Shown here in pieces: positions 38,928 through 49,300 of a DNA stretch of 64,000 nt (within the stretch, counting starts at the first letter, position 1; each line of letters opens with the position of its first letter). The DNA is taken from the NCBI GenBank assembly GCA_041483195.1, contig JBGPFC010000006.1, positions 32,001-96,000 on the forward strand. Reading direction: 5' to 3'. This DNA comes from Candidatus Eiseniibacteriota bacterium (lineage in GTDB: Bacteria > Eisenbacteria > RBG-16-71-46). A program made the position numbers and the translations under genes. The notes under the pieces were generated by a model. It ran no database searches, was not told where the DNA came from, and saw only the letters and a program-made list of their open reading frames with translations.

Positions 38928-38943
38928 GCGGGCCGCCGCCACA
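38928..38943. repeat. Left target-site duplication (16 bp)
   Basis: GCGGGCCGCCGCCACA, identical to 40429-40444. Confidence 0.93.
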
Positions 38944-40428
38944 TGTGGGACGTCAGTGAAAATGACACCCCCTAACGCGTCAGTGATTCTGTCACCCCCA
39001 TGGACCTCATACTCATGGGCAAACGAGACGCCCGGCGGCTGGGTGTGGTGCAGGCCGCAGTTCAAGGGAAGCTCACCAGCCGAGAAGGAGCGGAAGCGTT
39101 GGGTTTGAGCGTGCGGCAGTTCAAGCGGCTGCGGGTGCAGGTGCGACAACGAGGTGCGGCGGGGATCGTGCACGGCAACCGGGGACGACGGTCGCCGCGA
39201 CGGCTGGGTACCGCGCTGCGCGAGCGGGTGGAAGCGATGCTGACCGGGGTGGTGAAGCTCAACGATCATCACATCGCCGATCTGCTCGGCGAGCAGTCGC
39301 ACGCGGTGAGTGCGGCCACCGTGCGACGGGTGCGCTGCAGTCTGAAGCTGGCCCCGAAGCGGCGCCGGCGCCCGCCGCAGCATCGGCGCCGGCGCGAACG
39401 GGTGGCCCGGCGAGGCGCGCTGGTGCTGATCGACGGCAGTCCGTTTCGATGGTTCGACGAGGCGGGGCCGGCCTGCAGTCTGCTCGGGGCGATCGATGAC
39501 GCCACCAGCGAGATCCTGGCGCTGAGCTTCCGTCCGACCGAAGATCTGCACGGCTATGCGGTGCTGCTCCGCGAACTGCTCGACGCCCACGGGGTGCCGG
39601 TGGCGCTGTACGGCGACCGCAGCGGCGTACTGGTGCGTAACGATGCGCACTGGACGCTCGAGGAGGAGCTGGCCGGGCGGCAGACGCCGCCGCAGTTCGG
39701 CCAGATGCTCGAGGAACTGGGCGTGCGCTTCATCGCCGCCACCAGCCCCCAGGCCAAGGGCCGCATCGAACGGCTGTGGGGCACGCTGCAGGATCGACTC
39801 GCCAGCGAGCTGCGCCTGCACCGCCACGACACCGTTGCCGCGGCCACCGGCTACCTGCCGGGCTTCATCCGCCGTCACAACCGGCGGCTCGGGCGCATCC
39901 CGACGAGCACGGAGTCAGCGTTCCGCTCACCTCCGCGCGATCTCGATCGCCTCATCGCCTGTCGCTATCCCCGCGTCGTCGCCCGCGACAACACCGTCAG
40001 CATCCCGGGGCGCTGGGCTCAGGTTCCACCCGGACCCCACCGGCGCTCCTGGCACAAGGCCCGCGTCGAAGTGCGCGAGCTTCTCGACGGTCGCCTGCTG
40101 GTGTTGCACTCCACCCACGGCCTGATCGGCGAGCAGCCGGCGCCCGGCTCCGGGTTCATCCTCGAATCCCGCGCCTCACCGCGATCCCAGCGGGCCCGCG
40201 CCACAAACGGCTTCGCAGGATCGCGCCCTGGCCCCGATCGTCCAGCTTCACGATCCGCACCTCGTCCCAAATCCAAAGGCATCGGTACTCTCACCAACAT
40301 CCGCAGGCCGGGGGCCAACCACCCCTGGGATCGCTACACCGGACCCGAACCTCTGCGCCCCAGGGGCAGAGCAAGGGGGTGACAGAATCACTGACGCATT
40401 AGGGGGACAGAATCACTGACGTGTGACA
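38944..40428 (+). mobile_element. Complete 1485-bp insertion sequence, IS1202/ISNCY type
   Basis: TGT...ACA ends; ~55-bp inverted repeats (38944-38999, 40375-40428), each with two CGTCAGTGA(TTC)TG(T)C sub-repeats; 16-bp flanking direct repeat; single transposase. Confidence 0.92.
39000..40382 (+). CDS. DDE transposase (rve-type, ISNCY/IS1202 family)
   Basis: HTH (EGAEALGLSVRQFKRL), HGNRGR, LIDGS, IDDATS, YGDR, SPQAKGRIERLWGTLQDRL. Confidence 0.92.
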   Translation: MDLILMGKRDARRLGVVQAAVQGKLTSREGAEALGLSVRQFKRLRVQVRQRGAAGIVHGNRGRRSPRRLGTALRERVEAMLTGVVKLNDHHIADLLGEQSHAVSAATVRRVRCSLKLAPKRRRRPPQHRRRRERVARRGALVLIDGSPFRWFDEAGPACSLLGAIDDATSEILALSFRPTEDLHGYAVLLRELLDAHGVPVALYGDRSGVLVRNDAHWTLEEELAGRQTPPQFGQMLEELGVRFIAATSPQAKGRIERLWGTLQDRLASELRLHRHDTVAAATGYLPGFIRRHNRRLGRIPTSTESAFRSPPRDLDRLIACRYPRVVARDNTVSIPGRWAQVPPGPHRRSWHKARVEVRELLDGRLLVLHSTHGLIGEQPAPGSGFILESRASPRSQRARATNGFAGSRPGPDRPASRSAPRPKSKGIGTLTNIRRPGANHPWDRYTGPEPLRPRGRARG

Positions 40429-40444
40429 GCGGGCCGCCGCCACA
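40429..40444. repeat. Right target-site duplication (16 bp)
   Basis: GCGGGCCGCCGCCACA, identical to 38928-38943. Confidence 0.93.
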
Positions 40445-40452
40445 CCCCGCCT

Positions 40453-43400
40453 CTACCTCAGGATCGCGATCTTCTTCTCGTGCCGGAATGCCGCCGACGG
40501 CGCGATCGCGCGCACGACGTAGATCCCGGAGGGGAGCCGGGAACCGCCCGCACCGCGCGCGTCCCATCTGAGGTCCAGCAACCCCACGGTGGTGGGTCTC
40601 GCGCCCGCGAGGAGATCCGCGACCCGCCGCCCCTGGAGATCGAACACGCCGACATCGAGGTCGGGCGGCGTGAAGCCCGCAGCGTCGGCGGGGAGGACGA
40701 TCGTGAGCGAGAGCGTCCCGTGCTCCTCGAGCGGTACCGGCCACGCCGTGATCCCTGGCCGCGGCGCCGGGAGGCTCACCCGTCCCAGTTCCGCCTCTTC
40801 GCCGAGGCCGTTCACCGCGACCAGCACGTAGGTCGCGCCCCGCTCGGTCTCATCCAGCTGCATCGGGCTCGTGGTCACGAGCGCCGGTCCCAGTCGATCG
40901 ACCTCGCCGGTGCGCGGCGCGATGCGATAGAGCCGGTAACCCGCGAGCCCGGCGCCGCCGGCTTCCGGATCGGTGGACCACGCGATCGTCACGTGGCCGG
41001 TGCCGGGTGTCACCGTGAAATCGTGAAGCGTGACGGCGGCACGGATGGCGAGCAGCGAATCGCACGTCACGCTGCCTGGCACCCGAGGATTCGAAGGCGT
41101 GAGGCGCACGCGCACCGAATCGCTCGCGGGCCGCGGCACGCGAAACGCGATCGAGTTGGTGTCCGCCCCGCCGGCGGCCTGCGCGAGCAGGCGCCAGTCG
41201 CGGCCGGCGTCGGAGGAGAGCCAGACATCCGCGGGCTCGGGGCCGAGCCAGCGCACGCTCTGGCTCCCACCCACGTCCCAGCGCTCGCCGCCCCGCGGCG
41301 AGATCACGACGTACCGGCGCGCGTCGTAGAGTGTCACCGCGCCAGCGTCGGGAACGCTTCCGTCGTGGAACGGGGCGCCGATCAGCAGGTCGTCGAATCC
41401 GTCGCCGTTCGCATCGCCCACGCCCGCCAGCGCCGCGCCGAATCGATCACCCGCCGCCCGGCCGGTCCACAGGAAGTCCGGGCTCGCGTCGGGAATCAAG
41501 CCGCCCAGGTAGACCGCGACGCGCCCGGCGTCGCGCCCCGCGGCCGCGCTGAACGGCGCGCCGATCGCGATGTCGTCGAAGCCGTCGCGATTGAGGTCGC
41601 CGGCGCCGCTCAGCGCGATGCCGAAGAACTCGCCGGCCACCGCGCCGCTCGCCGCCAGGTTCGGGGTCGCGCTGAGACGCGCGCCGCCGAAGAATTCGTA
41701 AACGCGGCCCGAGGTGGATCCGGCGGCGCCGTTGAACGGCGCGGCGATCAGCACGTCGTCGAACCCATCGCCGTTCACGTCGCCCGCCCCCGCGACCGCC
41801 GTGCCGAAGCCGTCGTGCGCGTGCTCGCCGGTGAGCGTCACCGTGGGCGTGAGCACCGGCCCGCCCGCGCCCTCGAACACGTATGCGCGGCCCGCGTCGG
41901 AACCGGCCGCGTCGTTGCCCGGGGCGCCGACCACGAAGTCGGAGAGCCGATCGGCGTTCACGTCCCCCACCCCGGCGAGCGCCGCGCCGAATCGATCGCC
42001 CGGCTTCATTCCGGACCACGCCGCGTCGGCGATCGCGTCGGGCGCGGACCCGCCGCGGTAGAGGAACACGCGTCCGGCCCCATCGCCCGCCGTGGCATCC
42101 AGCGGCGCGCCGACCAGGAGATCGTCGATGCCGTCACCGTTCGCGTCGCCCGCGCACGCGACCGATGCGCCGAAGTGCGCGCCGGAAACTCCGCCCTCGA
42201 GCACGAGGCCGGGCGTGGCCCCGGGTTCGGCGCCGCCGAAGAACACGAACGCGCGGCCGGCCTCCGGCCCCATCGCTCCATCGCCTGGCGAGCCCACCAC
42301 GACGTCGCCGAATCCGTCGTGATTGAAATCTCCGGCGGCCGCGAGGCTCAGACCGAGCGGCGCCGCCGGCGCCGGCACTTCGAGCACGAGCGGCGCGAGC
42401 GGCGCGGGACCTCCGAACATCAGCCGCACGCGGTCCGGACCGGCGCCCGATCCCGGGTCGCGACGCGATCCCGAGAGCCAATCGGGGAATCCATCGCCGT
42501 TCACGTCGCCGGCGGCCGCGATGGCGAGGCCGACCCCCTCTCCCGCGAATGTCCCGCTCGCGACGGATCGGGCGACCGTGACCGCCCTTCCCTGCGGCAC
42601 CGGAAACGCGATGCGGAAGTCGCGCCCGCTGGTGTCCGATGTGATGCGGACCGGCGGCGCCCCGCTCAGGCTCACGCGAACGCGGGCCACGCCGGTGGCC
42701 ACGGCGGGCGTCAGAATCGCCAGCGCATTCTGCGCCGCGCCGCCGGCGCCGGTCGCGAGCGCGATCCACGACGCGCCCCCATCGAGCGAGATCGCGACAT
42801 CCGCCCGCGAGTCGCCGGACCAGCGGATGGTGTCCGGCTCGCCGGCCATCCAGGTCTCACCCCCGACCGGGGCCACGAGCGTCGGATGTTTCATCGCGTA
42901 CACGTAGGCCTGCCCCGCGTTCGAGGCCCCGGTGTCGCTCTGCTTGGCTCCCACGATCAGATCGGGAAGGCCGTCCCCGTCGTAGTCCCCGGCCGACGCG
43001 ACCGCGATCCCGAAATTGTCGCCGGCGCGCGCGCCGCTGAGGACGACGTCCGCGATCGTATCCATCTGCGGGCGGCCGTAGTAAACGTACGCGCGCCCGG
43101 CGTCGAGCCCCGCGGCGTCGTTGCGGTAGGCGCCGATGATGATGTCGTCGAACCCGTCCGCGTTGAGGTCGCCGGCCGAGGCCACCGCTGCGCCGAACTC
43201 GTCGGCGAAGCCCTTTCCCGTGAACACCGCGTCGGGCGTGCCGTGCAGGCTGCGACCGCCGAGGTAAAGGAACGCGGCGCCCGCGTCCTGCGTCGCGGTG
43301 TCGTTGAATTGCGCTCCGACGAGCAGGTCGTCGAATCCATCCCCGTTGACGTCGCCGGCGGATGCGAGGGACCCTCCGAAACGGTCGCTCTTCAGGCCGG

Positions 43401-46323
43401 TGAGCACGAGGGCGGCGGCGGAGTTGGGTTGCGGCCCGCCCAGGAACACGTAGACCGAGCCCGGAGTGTTGGAGCTGATCTCGGGGTCGGCCACGGCGAC
43501 GTCGGCGTAGCCATCGCCGTTCATGTCGCCCGCCGCGGCGACCACGGTGCCGAAGTTGTTGGCGAAGCCGGAGGGAGCCATCGCCCAGTCGGCGATCGCA
43601 TCGGGCTGCGGGCCCCCGAAGTAGCAGAGGGCAGTCGGGGGATCCGGGCTCACGGTCTGGTTGCTGATCACGATGTCGTCGTAGCCGTCACCGTTCACGT
43701 CCCCGACGCCCGCGACCGTGGTGCCGACCCTGAAGCGTGTCTGGCTGCCGCCGATCTTCAGATCGGCAACCGAATCCGGATCCTCCCCTCCGAAATAGAC
43801 GAACGCGGTCCCGAAGGCGATCCCCGCGCTGCCGCCGTAGTCCGGCGCGCCGATGATCACGTCGTCGAAGCCATCGCCGTTCATGTCACCCGCGGACGCG
43901 ACGGCGGTTCCGAAGTGAGCGCCGATCGAGTTGCTGATGAAGGTCACGTCGGGGCGATCGTCCGCGTTCGGCCCGCCGAAGAACAGATAGGCACGCCCCA
44001 CGTCCGAGATCGTCGGCGAGTCGAAGCTCGGCGCGCCCACGATGACGTCGTCGTACCCGTCGCCGTTGAAGTCCCCGGCCGACGCTACCGTGACGCCGAA
44101 ATTCGCCCCGATCGCTGCGATGAACGGCGCGATGACGGTGCGCATCGGCAACGGTGAGTACGGCGGAGGCGTGAGGTTGTAGAACGGCGCATCGCTCACG
44201 TCGTACGACCCGGCCTCGAGCGGCAGGCCGTGCGCGCTCACCCGCACGCGCATCTGGAGCGAGACCGTGGCCGGCGCGGTCACGGACATGGAATTGTCGG
44301 GGGCGCCGCCGACATCGGACGCGATCGTGCTCCAGGTGACGCCGTCGTCGAACGAGAGCGCGATGTCGGCACGCGTGGATCCGCGCCAGTGGACGGTCGC
44401 GGGCCGGCCCGCATCCCACAGCTCCCCGCCGTTGGGGCTCACCAGTTCGAAGCGCACGAGCCGCAGCCTGCCGACGCTGGTCACCGACGAAAGCGCCGAG
44501 ATCGGGAGACCGCTCGCGCTGACGCGGACGGTCGCGGACGCGGTGGTGAGCGCGGGCACGATGACCCGGAGCACATTGAGGCGGCTGCCCCCCACCCCGC
44601 TCGCGAGCGGCGTCCAGCTGAGTCCGCCGTCCACCGAGATCGCGACATCCGCGCGCAGCGCGCCGTACCAGCTGACGGTATCGGCCGCCCCCACCAGCCA
44701 GGTCTCGCCGTCGCGGGGCCGATCGAGCGTGTAGGCCGCGATCTGAAATGGCCCGTCGCTCACGTCTGCGAACTTGCCGGTGGGGGCATGCCCGGTGATG
44801 CTCGCGCGGATGAGCGCGGCCGCGCACACCGTGTCGGGGACGGTCTGGACGATGGACGTGGTCGAGGCGGGAACGCTCGAGGCGAGCGTGCGCCAGCTGG
44901 CCCCGCCGTCGAGCGAGAGCGCGACGTCGGTGAGATTCTGCCCGCGCCATCCGATCCACATCGAGTCCCCGCCGTGAAGGATCTCGCCTCCATTCGGGCT
45001 CGCGACCTGGATGAGGTCGGCCACCACGACGTAGACCCGTCCATTCGGGTCCCAGGTGCCGGGGCGCCCCCCATAGCCGACCAGCAACTCTTGCACGCCA
45101 TCCCCGTCGAGGTCACCGGCCGCGGCGAGCGCCATCGGAATGGGAAAATTGGACTCGGGCGGGATGAACACGAGGTCCGGGTTGTTCTCCACAGGATTGC
45201 CGCCGAGGTAGACCATGGCCCGCCAGTAGTCGCCGGTGGCGATGTCGTTGAGCCCGTCGCCGTTCATGTCCAGACCCCCGACGGCGGCACGCCCGCCGCC
45301 GAACCACTGGCCGATGGCCAGATCCTCCCCGGGGTGTCCGTAGTAGAGGTACGTGCTGTTCGCCACCACCTCGGTCGCGATGACGTCGTCGATCCCGTCG
45401 CCATTCACGTCGCCCACGCTGCCCGTCACGGTGCCGAGCTGCCCGTAGAAGTTGAAGCCGAACGATTGGAGATCGGCGTAGCTGTCGAGCAGGGGCCCGC
45501 CGAGGTAGATGGAGATGTGCCCCCCCTGGGTGGCGAACACCGTCGCCATCGGCTCGCCCACGATGAAGTCGGGATACCCGTCGTGATTGAAGTCCCCCGC
45601 GGAACCCACCGCGAATCCGAACTTCCCTCCCGGGAAGCCCCCGTGCAGCTCGAGATCCGCGATGCTGTCGGGTTGGGGTCCACCGAAGTAGACGTAGACC
45701 TGCCCGTAGTCGGTCTGGCCCGAATCGGTCGGCGCGCCAACCAGCACGTCGTCGAATCCGTCGGCGTTGATGTCGCCAACCCCCGCCACCGACCATCCGA
45801 AGCTCGTGGTCGGGCGGGTGGGGTTCAGCACCAGATCTGGAATCGAGTCCGCCGCCGGGCCGCCGAAGTAAATGCGCGCCCGTCCGGTGAGGCGCCCGTC
45901 GGTCCACTCCGCCGGTGATCCGACGATGAGATCCTGAAACCCATCGCCATTGAAATCCCCGGCCCACGCGACCGACTGGCCGAATGATGAAGCCGGGCCG
46001 CCGCTCTCGAAGCGGAGATCGGGGAGCGAATCCATCCCGGCCCCGCCGCGGAACAGCAGCACCCGACCGTCGCCGCTTCCGGCGGGGAAACCCGGCGCGC
46101 CGACCGCCACGTCTGGGAGACCATCGCCATCGAAATCGCGGCCGCCCGCGACCGATGCCCCGAACAGGTCGCCGGTCTGCGCGCCTTCGAGGGTCAGTTG
46201 CACATGCGAGGGGAGCTGTGCCCGGGAGGGCGCCGCGACCAGGGCGAGCGCGACCACCAGCGCCGCGAGCGCGCGTGGAGCGGGAGGTAGGTGCGGGGCC
46301 CGGGCCGAAGCGCGCATCGTCAC
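40453..46323 (-). CDS. Giant secreted FG-GAP/integrin-alpha-like protein (3x7 repeats, five PNGGE-type Ig spacers, C-terminal sorting domain)
   Basis: Signal peptide; 21 FG..VA.AGD.NGDG..D..VGAP repeats counted in three groups of seven; CTD VFDLQGRRV...SGIYVVR...KKIAILR. Confidence 0.9.
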   Translation of the reverse strand: MTMRASARAPHLPPAPRALAALVVALALVAAPSRAQLPSHVQLTLEGAQTGDLFGASVAGGRDFDGDGLPDVAVGAPGFPAGSGDGRVLLFRGGAGMDSLPDLRFESGGPASSFGQSVAWAGDFNGDGFQDLIVGSPAEWTDGRLTGRARIYFGGPAADSIPDLVLNPTRPTTSFGWSVAGVGDINADGFDDVLVGAPTDSGQTDYGQVYVYFGGPQPDSIADLELHGGFPGGKFGFAVGSAGDFNHDGYPDFIVGEPMATVFATQGGHISIYLGGPLLDSYADLQSFGFNFYGQLGTVTGSVGDVNGDGIDDVIATEVVANSTYLYYGHPGEDLAIGQWFGGGRAAVGGLDMNGDGLNDIATGDYWRAMVYLGGNPVENNPDLVFIPPESNFPIPMALAAAGDLDGDGVQELLVGYGGRPGTWDPNGRVYVVVADLIQVASPNGGEILHGGDSMWIGWRGQNLTDVALSLDGGASWRTLASSVPASTTSIVQTVPDTVCAAALIRASITGHAPTGKFADVSDGPFQIAAYTLDRPRDGETWLVGAADTVSWYGALRADVAISVDGGLSWTPLASGVGGSRLNVLRVIVPALTTASATVRVSASGLPISALSSVTSVGRLRLVRFELVSPNGGELWDAGRPATVHWRGSTRADIALSFDDGVTWSTIASDVGGAPDNSMSVTAPATVSLQMRVRVSAHGLPLEAGSYDVSDAPFYNLTPPPYSPLPMRTVIAPFIAAIGANFGVTVASAGDFNGDGYDDVIVGAPSFDSPTISDVGRAYLFFGGPNADDRPDVTFISNSIGAHFGTAVASAGDMNGDGFDDVIIGAPDYGGSAGIAFGTAFVYFGGEDPDSVADLKIGGSQTRFRVGTTVAGVGDVNGDGYDDIVISNQTVSPDPPTALCYFGGPQPDAIADWAMAPSGFANNFGTVVAAAGDMNGDGYADVAVADPEISSNTPGSVYVFLGGPQPNSAAALVLTGLKSDRFGGSLASAGDVNGDGFDDLLVGAQFNDTATQDAGAAFLYLGGRSLHGTPDAVFTGKGFADEFGAAVASAGDLNADGFDDIIIGAYRNDAAGLDAGRAYVYYGRPQMDTIADVVLSGARAGDNFGIAVASAGDYDGDGLPDLIVGAKQSDTGASNAGQAYVYAMKHPTLVAPVGGETWMAGEPDTIRWSGDSRADVAISLDGGASWIALATGAGGAAQNALAILTPAVATGVARVRVSLSGAPPVRITSDTSGRDFRIAFPVPQGRAVTVARSVASGTFAGEGVGLAIAAAGDVNGDGFPDWLSGSRRDPGSGAGPDRVRLMFGGPAPLAPLVLEVPAPAAPLGLSLAAAGDFNHDGFGDVVVGSPGDGAMGPEAGRAFVFFGGAEPGATPGLVLEGGVSGAHFGASVACAGDANGDGIDDLLVGAPLDATAGDGAGRVFLYRGGSAPDAIADAAWSGMKPGDRFGAALAGVGDVNADRLSDFVVGAPGNDAAGSDAGRAYVFEGAGGPVLTPTVTLTGEHAHDGFGTAVAGAGDVNGDGFDDVLIAAPFNGAAGSTSGRVYEFFGGARLSATPNLAASGAVAGEFFGIALSGAGDLNRDGFDDIAIGAPFSAAAGRDAGRVAVYLGGLIPDASPDFLWTGRAAGDRFGAALAGVGDANGDGFDDLLIGAPFHDGSVPDAGAVTLYDARRYVVISPRGGERWDVGGSQSVRWLGPEPADVWLSSDAGRDWRLLAQAAGGADTNSIAFRVPRPASDSVRVRLTPSNPRVPGSVTCDSLLAIRAAVTLHDFTVTPGTGHVTIAWSTDPEAGGAGLAGYRLYRIAPRTGEVDRLGPALVTTSPMQLDETERGATYVLVAVNGLGEEAELGRVSLPAPRPGITAWPVPLEEHGTLSLTIVLPADAAGFTPPDLDVGVFDLQGRRVADLLAGARPTTVGLLDLRWDARGAGGSRLPSGIYVVRAIAPSAAFRHEKKIAILR

Positions 46324-49300
46324 TACCTCAGGAGCAGGATTCGAGCACCTGCCGACGCGTTCCCATTCAGCAGGCGTGCGAAATAAATTCCAGCCGGCAT
46401 CGCCCGCCCCCGCGTGTCACGCCCGTCCCAGATCATGCGCCCTTCCCGGCCGGTGACCGCGGTGTAAGACAGCAGCCGGCCCGAGAGATCGTAAATGTGA
46501 ATGCTCTGCTCGAGCGATGGGCTCGCGCCGCTCTGCCAGAAGATCTCGACCGGCGCGTGAGCCGGCGTCGCTCCCGGCGCGAGTGCCAGTCCGCGATTCG
46601 GCGCGATCGGGCTCGCGAGCTTCTCGATCACGTTGGAGATCCGCGAGCGGTTGCCGGCGCCATCGACCGCGGCCAGCGCGAAGTGGTAGACCACTCCGCG
46701 CTCGAGCCCGGTCACCCGCGCAGATTCCTCGCCACCGGCCTCGTGCGTCGCCGCCACCTCGAGCCGAACCGGCGCATCATCGAAATTCGTCGCGTCGATC
46801 GGCGCCGGGCCGCCGCGGATGAGGTAGCGCGCGGGCATTCCTTGATTGCCGTCGTCGCCGGTCGCGGTCCACGCCAGCGTCACGCTGGTGTTGCCGCTCG
46901 CGACCACGGACAGATCGGCGATCGCGGCGGGGGCCACGCGCGTGGTGGTCATCGAGAATGGGTTCGACAGCGGGCTCGCGTTTCCTGCCGCGTCCACGCT
47001 GCGGAGCGCAAAGTAGTATCGCGTGCCCTCCTCCAACCCGTTCACCCGCACGCTGTCGGCGTGGCCCGTCGCGCCGGGGAACGGAAGCCCGCCCACGCGA
47101 ATCGCGCTCGTGAAGGTGCTCTCATCGATCGGGGCCGTCGCGTACCGGATGTCGTAGCGGCTCACCCGCCCGCCGAGCCCGGGATCGAGGGGCGCGCTCC
47201 ACGCGAGCGCGACGCTGGTGTCGGTCGCCGCGCCCCCATCCAGATCGAGAACGGCGAGCGGGGCCAGGTCGTCGATCACCCCGAGCGGCGGCGCGTAGAG
47301 GCGGCTGCCGGTCCGCGCGTAGTTGCCGCGCGAGGTGGGCCACTGCTGAGCCCCCGCGCCGAACGTGCCGATCCCCGCGTCGTACACGAACAACACCAAG
47401 TCGGCGCCGGCTCCCGCCACGATCTCGGTGGCGCCGTCGCCGTCCACGTCGTCGATGGCGAGATCCACCCCCGGCTGGCCGGCCTTCGGAAATCCACGCA
47501 GATCCTTGGCGCTCGCGTTCATTCCGATCAGCTGCGCGCCGCTCGATTTTCGCACGCACATCGCGATGCCGGGCCCGCCCCCCGGAACGAGCGCACCCAC
47601 CACCGGCGCGCCGAACACGGGCGAGCCGAGTGCCCGTGGCCACCCGCGCGATGTGAGCGGAAGGCCCGAGCCGTCGAGTACCACCAGCTGCTCTGGCGAT
47701 GTGCGCGCGAGCAGGATCTCGTCGCGGCCGTCGCCATCGATGTCCGCCAGCGCCGGGGAACCGAACTGCGTTCCGGACACGGCGACATCGAGCCGCTGCA
47801 CCGCCAGGGAATTGTACGCGGTGAGCCGATCGCCCGCCGCCATGAGGATCGAGGCGGAGGTGTCGGCGCCGAGCCGGGTGACGACCGGCGGCGTCGGAAG
47901 AAATTGTATCTGCACCGGCCAGTTCGGCAGCTCGTTCCCGTCACCGGTCAGGACGTGCAGGCTGCCCCAGAAATTCGCGGCCACGATCTCGGCCCCGGGG
48001 AGACCATCGATATCGGAGAGCGCGATCAGATTGCTCTCGCCGCTTCCGCCGATGCGGCGCGGAAATCCCGGGAGCCGCGTGCCGTCGCGATGCCACGCGT
48101 ACACGTTGCCGTCCACTCCACCCCAGATCACGTCGAACACGCCGTCACCATCCACGTCGCCAAGCACCGGCTCGAGGGTGGCCACGTGGCTGGTTCGCGT
48201 GGCGGTGACCGGCCATCCGGCGAGCGCCCGTCCCGCCGCGTCGAATCCGAAGATGCGAGCATCGTCCACCGCGACGAACACGCCCGGCCCGCGCCCGTCG
48301 CCGAGATCGGCCGCGCTCACGCCCCCCACCGGGGGCGACGGGAGCGCCACCTCGTTCAGCGTCGCGCCGGTCAAGCCGTCGAGGAAGAGCAGGCGGCTGT
48401 CGGCCGATGCGATCACGATGCGCCGCGCGCCCGACGAGGCGGGCAGGATGACCGCCGCGCCGACTGTGCGTGCGGACGAGGGCAACGCGAGCGAGGTCGG
48501 GGGATCGGCGAGCGCCCGATAGGCGTTGATCCGCCCGGTGCCCCAACCGGTGACGCCCGGATTCGCCGACGTCATGTCGTCAGTGGTGTCCATCAGTCGC
48601 ATCTTGAGCGCGAAGGGGCTGAGCGGCGGCAGGCCGTGCGCGCGCCGATTCGCCTGCACCAGCGCGGCGACGCCCGCCGCGACCGGCGCGGCGAACGACG
48701 TGCCGTTCGCGCCCGTGGTGTAGCCGGGCTGGCGGGCGCCGAGACTGTCGGTGCCGACGCGCTGGAGCCTCGTCGTCGCGAGATTGGAGCCGGGCGCGCA
48801 GAGGTCGACGAACGCGCCCTTGTTAGAGAACAACGCGAGCTTGTCGTTCGGGTCGGTGGCGCCGACCGACAGCGCGTCGCCGCGGTCGCTCAGGTAATGT
48901 TGGCCGTCCCCGTTGTTGCCAGCGGCCGCGACCACGAGCACGCCCGCCGCGGTCGCCGCGTCGACGGCCGCGACCAGATCGGGCTGCGCCACGGATGTGA
49001 ACGAGCAGTTGATGAGGCTCGCTCCCATCCGCGTCGCGTAGCGGATCGCCTTCGCGGCGAGGCTCAAGTCCACGAGGGCGCCGGTGTTCAGCGGCGCCGT
49101 CCAGCCCACGCGCAGCGCCATGAGCCGCACCTTCCACGCCGTCCCCGCCACGCCGATTCGGTTGTTCGTCAGCGCCCCGACGACCCCCGACACCAGCGTC
49201 CCGTGCCCGAAGTGATCGTTCGGATCGTTGTCCTCGTCCCGCCAGTCTTCGCCGGGTTCCACGTTGGCTGCGCTTCCGAGGTTGACGAAATCCCATCCCC

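Noticed and set aside
38883..39878. 331-aa minus-strand ORF inside the IS
   Set aside because: Antisense to the transposase, runs across the element boundary and has no recognisable motif
38951..40421. CGTCAGTGATTCTGTC repeats as iterons or operators
   Set aside because: Fully explained as sub-repeats of the IS inverted ends
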